Part shown: in pieces, positions 46,299 through 56,926 of the stretch
Layout of the letters: each line of letters starts with the position of its first letter
Numbering within the stretch: the first letter of the stretch is position 1
Source of the DNA: Gammaproteobacteria bacterium
GTDB lineage: Bacteria; Pseudomonadota; Gammaproteobacteria; Enterobacterales; GCA-2746155
Length of the DNA: 64,000 bases
Direction of reading: 5' to 3'
Assembly: GCA_002746155.1 (NCBI GenBank)
Contig: NVWF01000007.1
Coordinates: 7,632 to 71,631, forward strand
Notes under the pieces: model-generated
Databases searched by the model: none
What the model was told of the DNA's origin: nothing
Seen by the model: only the letters and a program-made list of their open reading frames with translations
Position numbers and translations under genes: made by a program

Positions 46299-48527
46299 TT
46301 AGATCTTTGTCAAATCAAAACGGTCAAGCTGCATAACTTTAACCCAAGCTTTAATAAAATCCTCAACGAATTTATCTTTAGCATCATCTGAGGCATATAC
46401 TTCAGCAATAGCTCGTAATTCTGAACTCGAACCAAAGATTAGATCAACAGGTGTTGCTTGCCATTTCAATTTGCCTGAAGCACGATCATGACCTTCATAA
46501 ATCCCTTCTTTAGATTTAGCTTTTGTCCAAACAGTCGACATATCTAATAGGTTTACGAAAAAGTCATTACTTAATTCACCGGGATTGTCAGTAAATACAC
46601 CTAAGTTTGAGCCATTATAGTTAGCATTTAAAACTCGCATTCCTCCAACAAGTACGGTCATTTCAGGTACATTTAATCCAAGTAAATTACCTTTATCTAT
46701 TAACATTTCTGTTGGAGACATGTAACTTTCTTGACTATAGTAGTTGCGAAAACCATCAGCTGTCGGCTTTAAGTAATTGAATGACTTAACATCAGTTTGA
46801 GCTTGTGAAGAATCCATACGGCCTGGTCTAAATGCCACGACAACATCATAGCCTGCTTGTTTTGATGCACTCTCTATTGCGGTTGCACCGCCCAAGACAA
46901 TTAAATCAGCTAAGGATACTTTCGTTTTGGAAGATGTTTTATTATATTTCCTCTGGAGTGACTCGAGTTTTGCTAAAACTTTATTTAGCTCTTTAGGGCT
47001 GTTTACTTCCCAGCTCTTTTGAGGCTCAAGCCTAATACGTGCTCCATTAGCACCACCGCGCATATCAGTAACTCGATGACTAGATGCTGATGCCCAAGCT
47101 GTTCTCACCAACTCTGAGGTTGTTAAGCCAGACTTAAGTATTTGCTTTTTAAGTATTGCAATATCCTTGCTTGTAATCAGTTTGTGGTCAACTACAGGAA
47201 TAGGATCTTGCCATGTAAGCACTTCACTTGGCACTTCTGTACCAACATATCTAGCACGTGGTCCCATATCACGATGGGTTAACTTAAACCAGGCTTTGCC
47301 AAAAGCTTTATCGAACTCTTTAGGGTTTTTTCTGAAACGTTCGACAATTTTACGAAAGCTAGGATCTTCTTTTAATGCCAAGTCAGTGGTGAACATAATA
47401 GGTGCGTGACGCTTATTTGGAATATGCGCATCAGGCACCAAGTTTGCGGCAGCCTTGTTATCTGGAATCCATTGAATAGCCCCTGCTGGACTTTTAGTTT
47501 GTACCCAATTAAAGTTCATCAAGTTATCCAAGAAATTTGATGACCATTTTGTAGGTGTAACTGTCCAAGCCCCTTCTAAGCCACTGCTTGTAGTATCGGC
47601 ACCCACACCAGAGGCACATTTATTTTTCCAACCAAAGCCCTGCTCTTCAATTTTAGCTGCGCCAGGCTCTGCACCTATACATTTGTCAGGCTTTTTTGCT
47701 CCATGTGCCTTGCCCAGTGTGTGACCGCCGGCAATCAGTGCAACAATTTCTTCATCATTCATCGCCATTCTACCAAACGACATTCTGATATCATTTGCTG
47801 CTAAAAGCGGATCAGGAATGCCATGAGGACCTACGGGGTTTACATAAATCAATCCCATTTCAACGGCCGCAAGAGGTCCTTTTAGTTTTCCTTTTTTATC
47901 TCGGCGTTTATCAGTAAGCATGGCTGTTTCTGAACCCCAGTAAACTAAATCGGGTTCCCAATCATCTGTCCGACCACCAGCAAAACCAAAAGTTTTAAAT
48001 CCCATAGATTCTAGTGCTACATTACCAGAAAGCACCATTAAATCAGCCCATGAAATTTTGCGACCATATTTTTGCTTTATAGGCCATAATAAGCGACGTG
48101 CTTTATCCAAATTAACATTATCAGGCCAGCTATTAAGCGGGTCGAAACGTTGTTGGCCACCGGAAGCTCCACCACGTCCATCATGAACTCGATAAACACC
48201 AGCACTATGCCACGCCATACGGATCATAAGTGGTCCATAGTGTCCCCAATCTGCGGGCCACCAAGCTTTAGAGTCTGTAAGTGTCTGTTGAATATCTTTT
48301 TTAAGCTTGTTTATATCAAGACTTGCAAACTCTTCGGCATAATTAAATTTCTCACCATAAGGGTTCGACTCTAAACCATGCTGACGCAGTGGCATAAGGT
48401 TCAGTTGTTCTGGCCACCAAAATTGATTTGTTTTTGCTTCACCACCTGCTAACACACTTGTAGATACTGTCATAGAAGATAAAGTAACTGAAATTGCGAT
48501 TGTTGTAAGGACTATTTTCTTTAACAT
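46299..48527 (-). CDS. katG: catalase-peroxidase KatG with N-terminal Sec signal peptide
   Basis: Has [23 protein letters not shown] and two peroxidase-like halves. The start is reassigned to ATG 48527 (RBS gagga), giving [29 protein letters not shown] before the conserved [11 protein letters not shown]. Confidence 0.92.
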   Translation of the reverse strand: MLKKIVLTTIAISVTLSSMTVSTSVLAGGEAKTNQFWWPEQLNLMPLRQHGLESNPYGEKFNYAEEFASLDINKLKKDIQQTLTDSKAWWPADWGHYGPLMIRMAWHSAGVYRVHDGRGGASGGQQRFDPLNSWPDNVNLDKARRLLWPIKQKYGRKISWADLMVLSGNVALESMGFKTFGFAGGRTDDWEPDLVYWGSETAMLTDKRRDKKGKLKGPLAAVEMGLIYVNPVGPHGIPDPLLAANDIRMSFGRMAMNDEEIVALIAGGHTLGKAHGAKKPDKCIGAEPGAAKIEEQGFGWKNKCASGVGADTTSSGLEGAWTVTPTKWSSNFLDNLMNFNWVQTKSPAGAIQWIPDNKAAANLVPDAHIPNKRHAPIMFTTDLALKEDPSFRKIVERFRKNPKEFDKAFGKAWFKLTHRDMGPRARYVGTEVPSEVLTWQDPIPVVDHKLITSKDIAILKKQILKSGLTTSELVRTAWASASSHRVTDMRGGANGARIRLEPQKSWEVNSPKELNKVLAKLESLQRKYNKTSSKTKVSLADLIVLGGATAIESASKQAGYDVVVAFRPGRMDSSQAQTDVKSFNYLKPTADGFRNYYSQESYMSPTEMLIDKGNLLGLNVPEMTVLVGGMRVLNANYNGSNLGVFTDNPGELSNDFFVNLLDMSTVWTKAKSKEGIYEGHDRASGKLKWQATPVDLIFGSSSELRAIAEVYASDDAKDKFVEDFIKAWVKVMQLDRFDLTKI

Positions 48528-48718
48528 TTCAAATTCCTCGTTTTGTTTATAGGACTTATAAATATATCCCTCTAAGAATACAAGATGAAAACTCATAAGT
48601 ATAATTGATTGATTTAAAGATAACGTTCACTATTTTTAATGATGAAATAAAAGTGTTAAAGTATAGTAAAAGTGATTAATATAAGCGTTATGTTCAATAA
48701 AAACTATCATTGGCAACT

Positions 48719-49621
48719 ATGATTTCTCTTAAACAACTGCATTATGCATTGGCAATAGAAAAAACGTTGCATTTTAGAAAAGCGTCCGAAGCCTGTAATG
48801 TATCTCAATCAGCTTTAAGTACGGCAATCAACGAGCTTGAAAAACAACTGGGTGTCATTATATTTGAACGTAATAATAAAAAAGTATTAGTGACTAATAA
48901 TGGACAATTGATACTTAATAAAGCGAAAAAAATCAAACTCGAATTAGACGAGCTTTTGCAGATACCTCATGCTAATAAGCAGCCATTTTCTAGCCTTATG
49001 ATCATCGGAGTAATACCTACTATTGGTCCTTACCTATTACCAAAAGTGTTGCCTGAGGTGCGAAAACAATATCCAAGTATTAAATTGAAGATAGTTGAAG
49101 AGCAATCCCATGTCCTCGTTGATATGGTGAAAAATGGTGATATTGATATAGCAATCTTGGCATTACCCTATCCAATAGAAGGATTGATGAGTTTTAATTT
49201 TTGGCGAGAAGATTTTTATTGGGTTAGTCATAAAGACGAATGCCCTGATCAAATGACTGAAATTACTAGTGAAGAAATTGAAATCGAAAAATTAATGCTT
49301 TTAAAAGATGGCCACTGTTTAAAAGAACATGCATTAGTGGCATGTAGTTTGAAAAATAAAAAACAAAGCTCAGAATTCGATTCAACAAGTTTGCATACCC
49401 TAATTCAAATGGTAGCAAGTAAACTTGGAACGACATTAGTGCCACAAATGGCAATAGATCAATTGATATATAATGAATCAGAGCTTAGAGCTATTCATCT
49501 CAATGAACCAGGCCCCCATCGATATATCGACTTGGTGATAAGACCCAACTATGTGAGAGCCGATGAATTGACAATATTAAAGGATATTTTCACCAAACAA
49601 TTGATAGAGAAATGTTCTTAA
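48719..49621 (+). CDS. oxyR: LysR-family hydrogen-peroxide sensor OxyR
   Basis: Divergent from katG. wHTH LKQLHYALAIEKTLHFRKASEACNVSQSALSTAINELE. The redox Cys pair is in the E. coli-like context LLKDGHCLKEHALVAC, with the Cys residues 9 apart as for C199 and C208. The track start is TTG at 48710; I prefer ATG at 48719. Confidence 0.8.
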   Translation: MISLKQLHYALAIEKTLHFRKASEACNVSQSALSTAINELEKQLGVIIFERNNKKVLVTNNGQLILNKAKKIKLELDELLQIPHANKQPFSSLMIIGVIPTIGPYLLPKVLPEVRKQYPSIKLKIVEEQSHVLVDMVKNGDIDIAILALPYPIEGLMSFNFWREDFYWVSHKDECPDQMTEITSEEIEIEKLMLLKDGHCLKEHALVACSLKNKKQSSEFDSTSLHTLIQMVASKLGTTLVPQMAIDQLIYNESELRAIHLNEPGPHRYIDLVIRPNYVRADELTILKDIFTKQLIEKCS

Positions 49622-49697
49622 GTCTAAAGTGTTATGAATTCGTAAAAAAAGTTTATAATATTGTGATATAAGTAAGAGAGTCCAACTGGAGTAGTCG

Positions 49698-51026
49698 ATG
49701 GTAATCCCTTCAAAAATTAAGTGGTTAAGCATAATCAGTGTCAGTATCTGCTTTAGCCTAAGCATGTTAATGCAGGCAGCTGAAAGTGATGCAGAAAAAC
49801 CTGCTACCAGTCAACAACACTCTACTGGGCAATTGCCTCTAGAACAACTACGAATTTTTGCCGAAGTGTATAATCGAATCAAAAGCACCTATGTGGAAGA
49901 TGTGGATGATGTGAAGTTAATAAAGGGTGCCATAGCAGGTATGCTGGATAGTCTTGATCCTCACTCACGATATTTAGACCAAGAATCCTATGACGAAGTA
50001 CAAGATTCATCAAGTGGTCAGTATGGGGGTTTGGGTGTACAGGTGATACCGAGTAAAGGTGGCATTTCCATTATCTCTCCAATCGATAATAGTCCAGCTA
50101 AAAGAGCAGGTATTAAAGCCGGTGATCTAGTGATTAAAATTAATAACACTCCCCTTAGACACGTAAAGGCGAATGATGCTATGGAAATGATGCGTGGTGA
50201 GATGGGAGGGAAAATCCATTTGACTATTCTACGAGAGGGTGAAGAAGAATTACTTGAATTTGATCTGGTTCGCGAAGTTATAAAACTTAGTAGTATCAAA
50301 GCTGAATCTCTTGGAAATGGCATCGTTTATATTAGAATTTCTCAATTTCAAAGACGTACTGCCTATGAGCTTGGTGAAGCTATAGAAAAAATTAGACAGC
50401 AAAAAGGCGGCAAAATTAAAGGCTTAATTCTGGATATGAGAGATAATCCTGGAGGCGTTTTAATTGCAGCTGAAGCGGTTTCAGATGCTTTTTTAAATGA
50501 AGGATTAATCGTTTCAACTAAAGGAAAGGTCACGCAAGCCAACTATCAATTTTATGCTGAACAAGGTGACATCTTATACGGCGCACCGATGATTGTTTTA
50601 ATTAACGGTGGCTCAGCCTCAGCTGCTGAAATTGTTGCAGGAGCCCTGCAAGATCAAAAGCGAGCGATTATTTTAGGCACTCGTTCCTTCGGTAAAGGTT
50701 CGGTTCAAACAGTTATTCCTCTTTCTGAAACGGTTGCATTAAAGTTAACCACTTCTCGTTATTACACCCCCAGTGGTCGCTCCATTCAAGGTATTGGCAT
50801 TACACCGGATATAAATATTCGCCAAAGGGATATTGCCAAAGCTGTGCAAGCTAAACCTGAGGTATATGAATCGGATCTGAAAGGATCCCTTAAAAGTGAG
50901 ACCAAGCTGGCTTCTGGTAATGAACTTTCAGAGGATGCTTTGGGACTATTAGCAAGAGATTTTCAACTCAGAGAAGCCCTAAACCTACTCCGTGGTATAA
51001 GTATTCTGAGCTTAAAAACGAACTAG
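49698..51026 (+). CDS. carboxy-terminal processing protease (S41 family, PDZ domain)
   Basis: Signal peptide, PDZ (GDLVIKINNTPL), LILDMRDNPGGVL, and the Ser/Lys dyad context GGSASAAEIVAGALQD...GTRSFGKGSVQ. Confidence 0.9.
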   Translation: MVIPSKIKWLSIISVSICFSLSMLMQAAESDAEKPATSQQHSTGQLPLEQLRIFAEVYNRIKSTYVEDVDDVKLIKGAIAGMLDSLDPHSRYLDQESYDEVQDSSSGQYGGLGVQVIPSKGGISIISPIDNSPAKRAGIKAGDLVIKINNTPLRHVKANDAMEMMRGEMGGKIHLTILREGEEELLEFDLVREVIKLSSIKAESLGNGIVYIRISQFQRRTAYELGEAIEKIRQQKGGKIKGLILDMRDNPGGVLIAAEAVSDAFLNEGLIVSTKGKVTQANYQFYAEQGDILYGAPMIVLINGGSASAAEIVAGALQDQKRAIILGTRSFGKGSVQTVIPLSETVALKLTTSRYYTPSGRSIQGIGITPDINIRQRDIAKAVQAKPEVYESDLKGSLKSETKLASGNELSEDALGLLARDFQLREALNLLRGISILSLKTN

Positions 51027-51934
51027 TGTTGATGTTATCTTTTAAAGCCTTGAGTAGAGGTATGCTGGTGATGCTGTTTTTGGGCATATTTGGGAGTGCC
51101 ATGGCTGACACTCAAATCACTAGTCATCAACTGCCTGCTCCGGCAAAAATAACCATCATCATTGATGATCTGGGTAATAATCATTTACTTGGACTGAGGG
51201 CTGCAAAATTACCATCTCAGGTTGCTCTAAGCATTCTCCCCCACACTAATTTTAGTCGTGAGTTAGCTGAACTTGGTCATCAAAGAGGTATGGATATTTT
51301 ATTACACCAGCCTATGGAGTCAGAGACTAATGTTAATCTTTTGGGTCCAGGTTCACTATTAAGTTCCATGAACCGTGAAGAGTTTAATGGAATTTTAGAG
51401 GATAATTTAAAGGTGGTTCCCTATGCCATAGGACTTAATAATCATATGGGCAGTCTACTAACCGCAGATCAACAAAAAATGAACTGGTTGATGGAAGAGC
51501 TAAAACTCAGAGGTTTATTCTTTATAGATAGCCGAACTAGCTCAAAAACTATTGCTGAAAACACAGCTAGACGTTGGCAACTCCCCACCAGAGGACGAAA
51601 AGTATTCCTCGATCATCTTGATCAACCTGAGGCCATCGCCCAGCAGTTTCAACGACTAGTTAAACTTGCTAAAAGAGAAGGTCATGCCATTGCCATTGCC
51701 CATCCTCGTTTAAATACTCTAACATTTCTTGAAAATAAACTCTCGCGACTCGATCAAGCCCAATTTGAATTAATCTCCGTCAGTGAGTTGATGTTACAGT
51801 CCCCGGATAAGTTAGAAAATAACTATCGAGCCTGTTATCAATTTGATTTTAAAAACTACAATTTCCCCAATGTTCCTCTGTATCCTCAATTAAAGGCTCC
51901 AAGTAAATTATCAACTCATTGCTTTGCCCGTTAA
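51026..51934 (+). CDS. yibQ: divergent polysaccharide deacetylase family protein (YibQ-like)
   Basis: Signal or anchor sequence, then ITIIIDDLGNN, LSILPHT, HQPME, NNHMGS, FFIDSRT and AIAHP. The start may be ATG at 51032. Confidence 0.85.
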   Translation: MLMLSFKALSRGMLVMLFLGIFGSAMADTQITSHQLPAPAKITIIIDDLGNNHLLGLRAAKLPSQVALSILPHTNFSRELAELGHQRGMDILLHQPMESETNVNLLGPGSLLSSMNREEFNGILEDNLKVVPYAIGLNNHMGSLLTADQQKMNWLMEELKLRGLFFIDSRTSSKTIAENTARRWQLPTRGRKVFLDHLDQPEAIAQQFQRLVKLAKREGHAIAIAHPRLNTLTFLENKLSRLDQAQFELISVSELMLQSPDKLENNYRACYQFDFKNYNFPNVPLYPQLKAPSKLSTHCFAR

Positions 51935-51940
51935 AGCTGT

Positions 51941-52810
51941 TTATTTAAGACGATGGGTACCTAACATTTCTGAGGCTTCCATTACAATCATAATGGCATC
52001 GGGATCAAGATTAAGTACGATACTGCGCAGTATGGGTATTTTTCGTGCGCCCACCACCACAAATAAAATGGTTTTATCTTCATTGGCGGTAATATTGACA
52101 CCGGAGAGAATGGTTCCACCTCTTTCCAACTGTTGGTGGATAGCTTGACCAATTTCATGGGATTTTTTAGATACAATGTGAACAATTTTTTCAGAAACAC
52201 CACCCGTTAATATCTTGTCAATCACCTGGCTGGTGACATAAAGACTCAGCATGCTCCACAGACTTCGTTCTATATCCACAAATATAAAACCTACCCCTAG
52301 AACTATAGATATATCAATGATAAGAATCATTGTTGCAGGCTTGATTTGATAATAATTTGAGACAATGCGAGCTATGATGGTGGTACCACCGGCAGAGGCG
52401 TTGCCTTTTAGAATTAGCCCAACACCAGCTCCAATTACCGTACCTCCATAAAGAGTCGATAACAGCAGACTTTGGATTTCAGGAAAATCAACTTGTGTTC
52501 TGAATACATCAACGCAGATCGCTGTAATCAAAATAGAGAAAATACTTCGCAGTGCAAAATGCAGATCAATGAATTTCATACCAATTAGTAGTAGAGGAAT
52601 ATTGATCAGTAACATGGCCTTGCCTGTTGATATATCTGTGACAAAATAAATCAACATGGCCATACCTGGGGTGCCACCCGTTGCAATTTTTGCAGGTAAT
52701 AGAAAAAATGCCACACCAGCTGCAAGAAGAATAGAACCTAGACTAATAAATATTATATTCTTTAATTCACTGGCCAAGGATGTGGGGTTAGTCATCACAG
52801 TTGTTACCAA
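51941..52810 (-). CDS. YitT family membrane protein (DUF2179 C-terminal domain)
   Basis: 289 aa, 5-6 TM segments with GGTPGMAMLIYF and GGTTIIARI, plus a soluble C-terminal domain of about 80 aa. Confidence 0.75.
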   Translation of the reverse strand: MVTTVMTNPTSLASELKNIIFISLGSILLAAGVAFFLLPAKIATGGTPGMAMLIYFVTDISTGKAMLLINIPLLLIGMKFIDLHFALRSIFSILITAICVDVFRTQVDFPEIQSLLLSTLYGGTVIGAGVGLILKGNASAGGTTIIARIVSNYYQIKPATMILIIDISIVLGVGFIFVDIERSLWSMLSLYVTSQVIDKILTGGVSEKIVHIVSKKSHEIGQAIHQQLERGGTILSGVNITANEDKTILFVVVGARKIPILRSIVLNLDPDAIMIVMEASEMLGTHRLK

Positions 52811-52894
52811 TTTAAGGAATCGAGTAAAAAATGATGTTACCGCTAACGAGAGTTTATTGACAGAATTATGGATACTAGTCTTGGAGAATATGAC

Positions 52895-53764
52895 CTAGGT
52901 CAAATAATTTGACCAAGAGATTGTTTTATCACCATAGGCGATAAATTCAGGGTTTAGTAGGCTATCCTTGGTGTTGTACTTAAGGGGAGAGAGTTGCATA
53001 TCACTTACTAGGCCACCAGCACACTCTAGAATGCATTGGGCTGCCGCTGTATCCCATTCACTGGTTTTGCCAAATCGTGGGTAGACGTCAGCCTTACCTT
53101 CAGCAATTAAACAAGTCTTTAAGGAGCTACCGAGTCGAATAGTCTTATGCTTTGAAAGCTTAAGATAGAACTTTTTCAGCTGCTCAGAAATGCAACCTCG
53201 TCCTATGGCAACGATAAACTCAGCTTGACCATTTAATTGGGGTACCTGACGAACCTTGATAAGCTGGGTATTGTTTGTTGCGCTAGTTTTAAAGGCGCCA
53301 ATACCTGTTGCTGCGAAGTAGACTTCGCCAAGAACAGGCGCTTGCACAATGCCCATAATTGGCTTGCCGTTACTGATCAAGGCTATATTCACGGTAAATT
53401 CACCGTTCTTATCAATAAACTCTTGTGTACCATCGAGGGGATCAATTAACCAGTATAGTTGCCAAAGCTTACGCTGTTGCCATCCATAGGAGGCACTCTC
53501 TTCCGATAAAATTGGAATGTCACCCGTTAGCTGCTGCAATTTATCGACAATCAGATGATGGGCCTGCAAGTCAGCCTGAGTAACGGGAGTGCGGTCACTT
53601 TTTAATTGGATATCGAAGCGATCATCTAAATAGATGTTGATGATTCTCTCAGCGGCTTGGCTTGCAATATCAACTACCTTATCCATAATAAGTTGTAACT
53701 CAGTAACAGACTGATTATCAACAATACTTTGAAGATCAAGGGGATATGTTATCTGTTCAGACAA
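52895..53764 (-). CDS. cysQ: 3'(2'),5'-bisphosphate nucleotidase
   Basis: Inositol-monophosphatase-fold motifs SEE, WLIDPLDGTQEF and WDTAA. TTG start at 53764; an alternative start is the ATG at 53686. Confidence 0.88.
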   Translation of the reverse strand: MSEQITYPLDLQSIVDNQSVTELQLIMDKVVDIASQAAERIINIYLDDRFDIQLKSDRTPVTQADLQAHHLIVDKLQQLTGDIPILSEESASYGWQQRKLWQLYWLIDPLDGTQEFIDKNGEFTVNIALISNGKPIMGIVQAPVLGEVYFAATGIGAFKTSATNNTQLIKVRQVPQLNGQAEFIVAIGRGCISEQLKKFYLKLSKHKTIRLGSSLKTCLIAEGKADVYPRFGKTSEWDTAAAQCILECAGGLVSDMQLSPLKYNTKDSLLNPEFIAYGDKTISWSNYLT

Positions 53765-53776
53765 TAGTTCAAAGCC

Positions 53777-54340
53777 CTAGGCAGTGGCAGAGCTAGGTAG
53801 ATTACGAAGATATTGCTGTAATAAATAGAGGGCTGCTATGGATCTTGACTCAGTAAAGTCTTTTTGATCAACCAACTCATCCAACTTAGCAATAGGCCAA
53901 GTAACCACCTCTATTTCTTCAGGTTCATCACCTTCAAGTCGTTGTTCATAGAGGTCCTTAGCTAATACTAGATACATTTGATGGCTTAAATACCCTGGTG
54001 CGAGACTGAACTGTTTTAACAGGGTTAAGTTATGGGCGCCATAGCCCACTTCTTCTTTCATCTCTCTATTGGCAGCCTCAATTGGTGATTCGCCTAGTTC
54101 AATTAACCCCTTGGGAAAGGCCAATTCGTAGCGCTCTACGCCCGCAGCATATTCTCGTATGAGTAGCACTGATTCAGGATCGGGCATGGGGATAACCATC
54201 ACTGCACCCTGTTTACTTGTAACAAGGCGTTCATAGTCTCGTTCAACGCCATTTGAAAATCTTAAACGTAAGCTTTCAACATGAAAAATTCGCGTCTTGG
54301 CGATGGTCTTAGTGTCTAAAATTTTAGGTAATTGTGCCAT
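53777..54340 (-). CDS. nudE: ADP compounds hydrolase NudE (Nudix)
   Basis: The N-terminus (KILDTKTIAKTRIFHVESLRLRFSNGVERDYERL) parallels E. coli NudE. The Nudix box is GLIELGESPIEAANREMKEEVG. Confidence 0.85.
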   Translation of the reverse strand: MAQLPKILDTKTIAKTRIFHVESLRLRFSNGVERDYERLVTSKQGAVMVIPMPDPESVLLIREYAAGVERYELAFPKGLIELGESPIEAANREMKEEVGYGAHNLTLLKQFSLAPGYLSHQMYLVLAKDLYEQRLEGDEPEEIEVVTWPIAKLDELVDQKDFTESRSIAALYLLQQYLRNLPSSATA

Positions 54341-54410
54341 CAGTTATTCCGTTACTATAAATTTATACCCTGCCATAATATCAGAAAAAGCACCTAACAG
54401 CAGGCTATGG

Positions 54411-55166
54411 TTAACGCCTTAAAATACCCTTGAGACTAAACTCAAGTCGTCCATTTCCATCCGGTCTGGCCATGAGTCGGATAGTGTTATAAATATTAGC
54501 AGGTAACTCCTCTTTTATACTCATGTCCAATTGATAACCACCATTACGGTTTAGTTTAATGATGCCCTGAAGATCTAGTGTTGGATCAGAGCTCAAATTC
54601 AGCACAAGTTGATTATTCTCAATACTCAAGTCAAGTCTGATTGAGCCTAGGGTGAACGCTTCACCTGAAACAGTAATTCGAGCATTTTTCCACTGAATAT
54701 TACCCTGGGCCTGGTTGAAATTTTTCTGATCAAATCCGAGGGAAACATCCGTCCAGTTTACATGACCAAAGGGGGTTAGAAATTGAAGCGCTGCATTGAG
54801 ATCAACCAGTGCTTCCATCGATTGAGTTGCATTGATATTGCTGATTAAGGTATGACCAGAAAAGTCCTGTTCAATAAAAAAGCTACCGCTAAAAAGCGCA
54901 TCATTTACTTGAATATTCGCACCTAGATTACCGGTCAATAAGGAACTTAAGGCTAGATCCCAAGACACTTGCTCTAAGAGAATGGACTGGTATTGCAGTT
55001 GCCTAAACTGCCCTGATAATGATCTACCTGTAGTACCTTGCACTCTTAACCCAGGAACACTTGAGGTAAGTTGGTTTTCCAATAGCTTTGCAGGTGCCGT
55101 GATCAGCAGAAGCGTGAATAGGAAAATGAGTCCTAGAAGAAGCCGAGGCAGCCATTTTTTTAACAA
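54411..55166 (-). CDS. gspN: type II secretion system protein N
   Basis: 251 aa with an N-terminal anchor (LLLGLIFLFTLLLITAP). It is the last gene of the gsp operon, downstream of gspM. Confidence 0.75.
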   Translation of the reverse strand: MLKKWLPRLLLGLIFLFTLLLITAPAKLLENQLTSSVPGLRVQGTTGRSLSGQFRQLQYQSILLEQVSWDLALSSLLTGNLGANIQVNDALFSGSFFIEQDFSGHTLISNINATQSMEALVDLNAALQFLTPFGHVNWTDVSLGFDQKNFNQAQGNIQWKNARITVSGEAFTLGSIRLDLSIENNQLVLNLSSDPTLDLQGIIKLNRNGGYQLDMSIKEELPANIYNTIRLMARPDGNGRLEFSLKGILRR

Positions 55167-55171
55167 AATAA

Positions 55172-55669
55172 TTAGCTCCCAGCATCCTGGAAGGTAAGAT
55201 TAACTCTGACCTGACCTTTGATATCTGTTACGCTCAAATTAATACTATTGACATAAATACCATAGTCTTTATGCAATATGTTTAACCAAAGTAGTAAGTC
55301 CTTAAACATCGCCTTATCAAGCCAAATCTGATACTGCTTATTATCTCTAGGTTGACTTCGGCTAATACTGATTTGAGCACTTGAAGCCGTTGTGTTAATA
55401 ATTACGTTTAGGCTTCGCCCCTTTCTTTTGTTAACGTTATTTCCCGAGGATGTACCTTTGATTGAAGCCACTGACTTGGCCATCCATGCTAATAATTGCT
55501 GGTTACTTGCATTGCTTTTTTCTAGATGACTAATGGAATCATTCATAGGTTTGAAGATGAGGGTGTAAAGGATAAAAATGCTAACCACTAGAATACCAGC
55601 AGCAAGTATTTTTTGCTCACGAGCATCAAGGCTCTGATACTTGTCCTTAAGTATCGTTAGATAACTCAT
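55172..55669 (-). CDS. gspM: type II secretion system protein M
   Basis: 165 aa with a single TM (ILAAGILVVSIFILYTLIF). Its start overlaps the gspL stop by 4 nt. Size and position fit GspM. Confidence 0.8.
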   Translation of the reverse strand: MSYLTILKDKYQSLDAREQKILAAGILVVSIFILYTLIFKPMNDSISHLEKSNASNQQLLAWMAKSVASIKGTSSGNNVNKRKGRSLNVIINTTASSAQISISRSQPRDNKQYQIWLDKAMFKDLLLWLNILHKDYGIYVNSINLSVTDIKGQVRVNLTFQDAGS

Positions 55670-56880
55670 GAACCACTCCTTATGGTTAGCCGCCCACTGT
55701 AACTAGTTCCCTGAGCATTAGCTGCACCTACTTCGATGGATAAGCCTTTTCTTACCAAATGATCTTTTAGCTGATCGAGCTGGGGTAGATTAGCCATGAG
55801 TAAGTCCAAACGTATTTCACCTTTTGTACTGTCATAATTTAGATTGGTTGGTTGAATGCCTGGTATGGAGGTAATGCTTTCAGCCACAAGATCCAACATG
55901 ACTAAAAATGAATTGGATTGATTATTACCACCCTGGCGTTGGGCAATAAGTTGTTTCATTTGTCGTTGGAGATTTTTTGTGATTCGAGCACCAGGGACAA
56001 CTAAGTGATACTGGCGTGCCATTTCTGTTTTGAGGTAATTGCTTTCGTCATTGAGTTTGAAAACTTCAAATCCCATCATTGAAAGTTTTAATAGTATGGC
56101 CACTAAGACGAAAACTGCGACTTTACGCCAAACCACCCAGGTGGCATTCCAATCATCCTTAATGGAAAAACTTCCCTGAAGTAGGTTAATTTTTTGATGA
56201 TCAAAGCGAGTTAACAAAGCCTGCTCTGAATTATTGATGGCTTGATGTGCCACTTCTAGACCAAGAGCATTAATCCAACTTGGAGCTTGTTGTTCGCTCC
56301 AATAAAGCAAAGCCGGTAGTTGATCATCATCAAGTTGTTGGATGGATAATTTAAGCATCATCTCAGCCTCATCCTGAGATCCAAGCCAGCAGTTGCCATT
56401 TTGATTGACGATATAAGCATCATTAAAATGAAAAATACTCCAAGCATCTTGAGGCGCTTCGAGTAGACTACTTAGTGGTAGCATATACTTAATAACAAGT
56501 CCGCTTCCTTCTAGTGCGTCGAGCCAGTAATTCATTTTGACCTTGGCAACCGCTATTACTGGTAGTGAATCGTCTGCACGACTAGTTCCTATGGCAAAGT
56601 GCATGTCATTGACATCAACGGCAAGTTGTTCTTCTAAGGCAAAGGGGATGGCTTTTAATTGCTGCCGCCTCTGACGAGTGGGTAGGGCAACGCTTGTAAC
56701 CAAACAATCGTTTGAGGGAACTAAAACAATACAAGAAGCGGTTGGAAACTGCTCTTTCAGCTCAGAGAGCTCTTGCTTATTCTGAACGCCACTTTGTTTT
56801 AACTGTTCATCAACCAGATGAAACCACAGTAACTGATCAGGGTTACTGTTTTGAAATTGCAGAAATAAATTTTCACTCAT
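55666..56880 (-). CDS. gspL: type II secretion system protein L
   Basis: 404 aa. Has a cytoplasmic actin-like domain, a single TM (VAVFVLVAILLKLSMMGF) and a periplasmic domain. Position lies between gspK and gspM. Confidence 0.85.
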   Translation of the reverse strand: MSENLFLQFQNSNPDQLLWFHLVDEQLKQSGVQNKQELSELKEQFPTASCIVLVPSNDCLVTSVALPTRQRRQQLKAIPFALEEQLAVDVNDMHFAIGTSRADDSLPVIAVAKVKMNYWLDALEGSGLVIKYMLPLSSLLEAPQDAWSIFHFNDAYIVNQNGNCWLGSQDEAEMMLKLSIQQLDDDQLPALLYWSEQQAPSWINALGLEVAHQAINNSEQALLTRFDHQKINLLQGSFSIKDDWNATWVVWRKVAVFVLVAILLKLSMMGFEVFKLNDESNYLKTEMARQYHLVVPGARITKNLQRQMKQLIAQRQGGNNQSNSFLVMLDLVAESITSIPGIQPTNLNYDSTKGEIRLDLLMANLPQLDQLKDHLVRKGLSIEVGAANAQGTSYSGRLTIRSGS

Positions 56881-56926
56881 AGTGTATCTCTAACTAAGTT
56901 TTACAAAATTAACCAGGTGTCGACTA

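Noticed and set aside
48528-48596. N-terminal extension of KatG ([23 protein letters not shown]). Similar extensions occur on GspG (60104-60199), GspE (62896-62970) and the TonB receptor (27733-27828).
   Set aside because: The internal ATGs have proper RBSs and yield canonical N-termini: a signal peptide, a prepilin leader, or a start just after the upstream stop. The extensions overlap neighbouring genes or lack homology.
48528-48718. OxyR operator (ATAG-N7-CTAT-N7-ATAG-N7-CTAT) in the katG-oxyR divergent region
   Set aside because: Several ATAG/TTAT fragments occur in this very AT-rich spacer, but I could not align four correctly spaced half-sites. The regulatory link is inferred from gene arrangement only.
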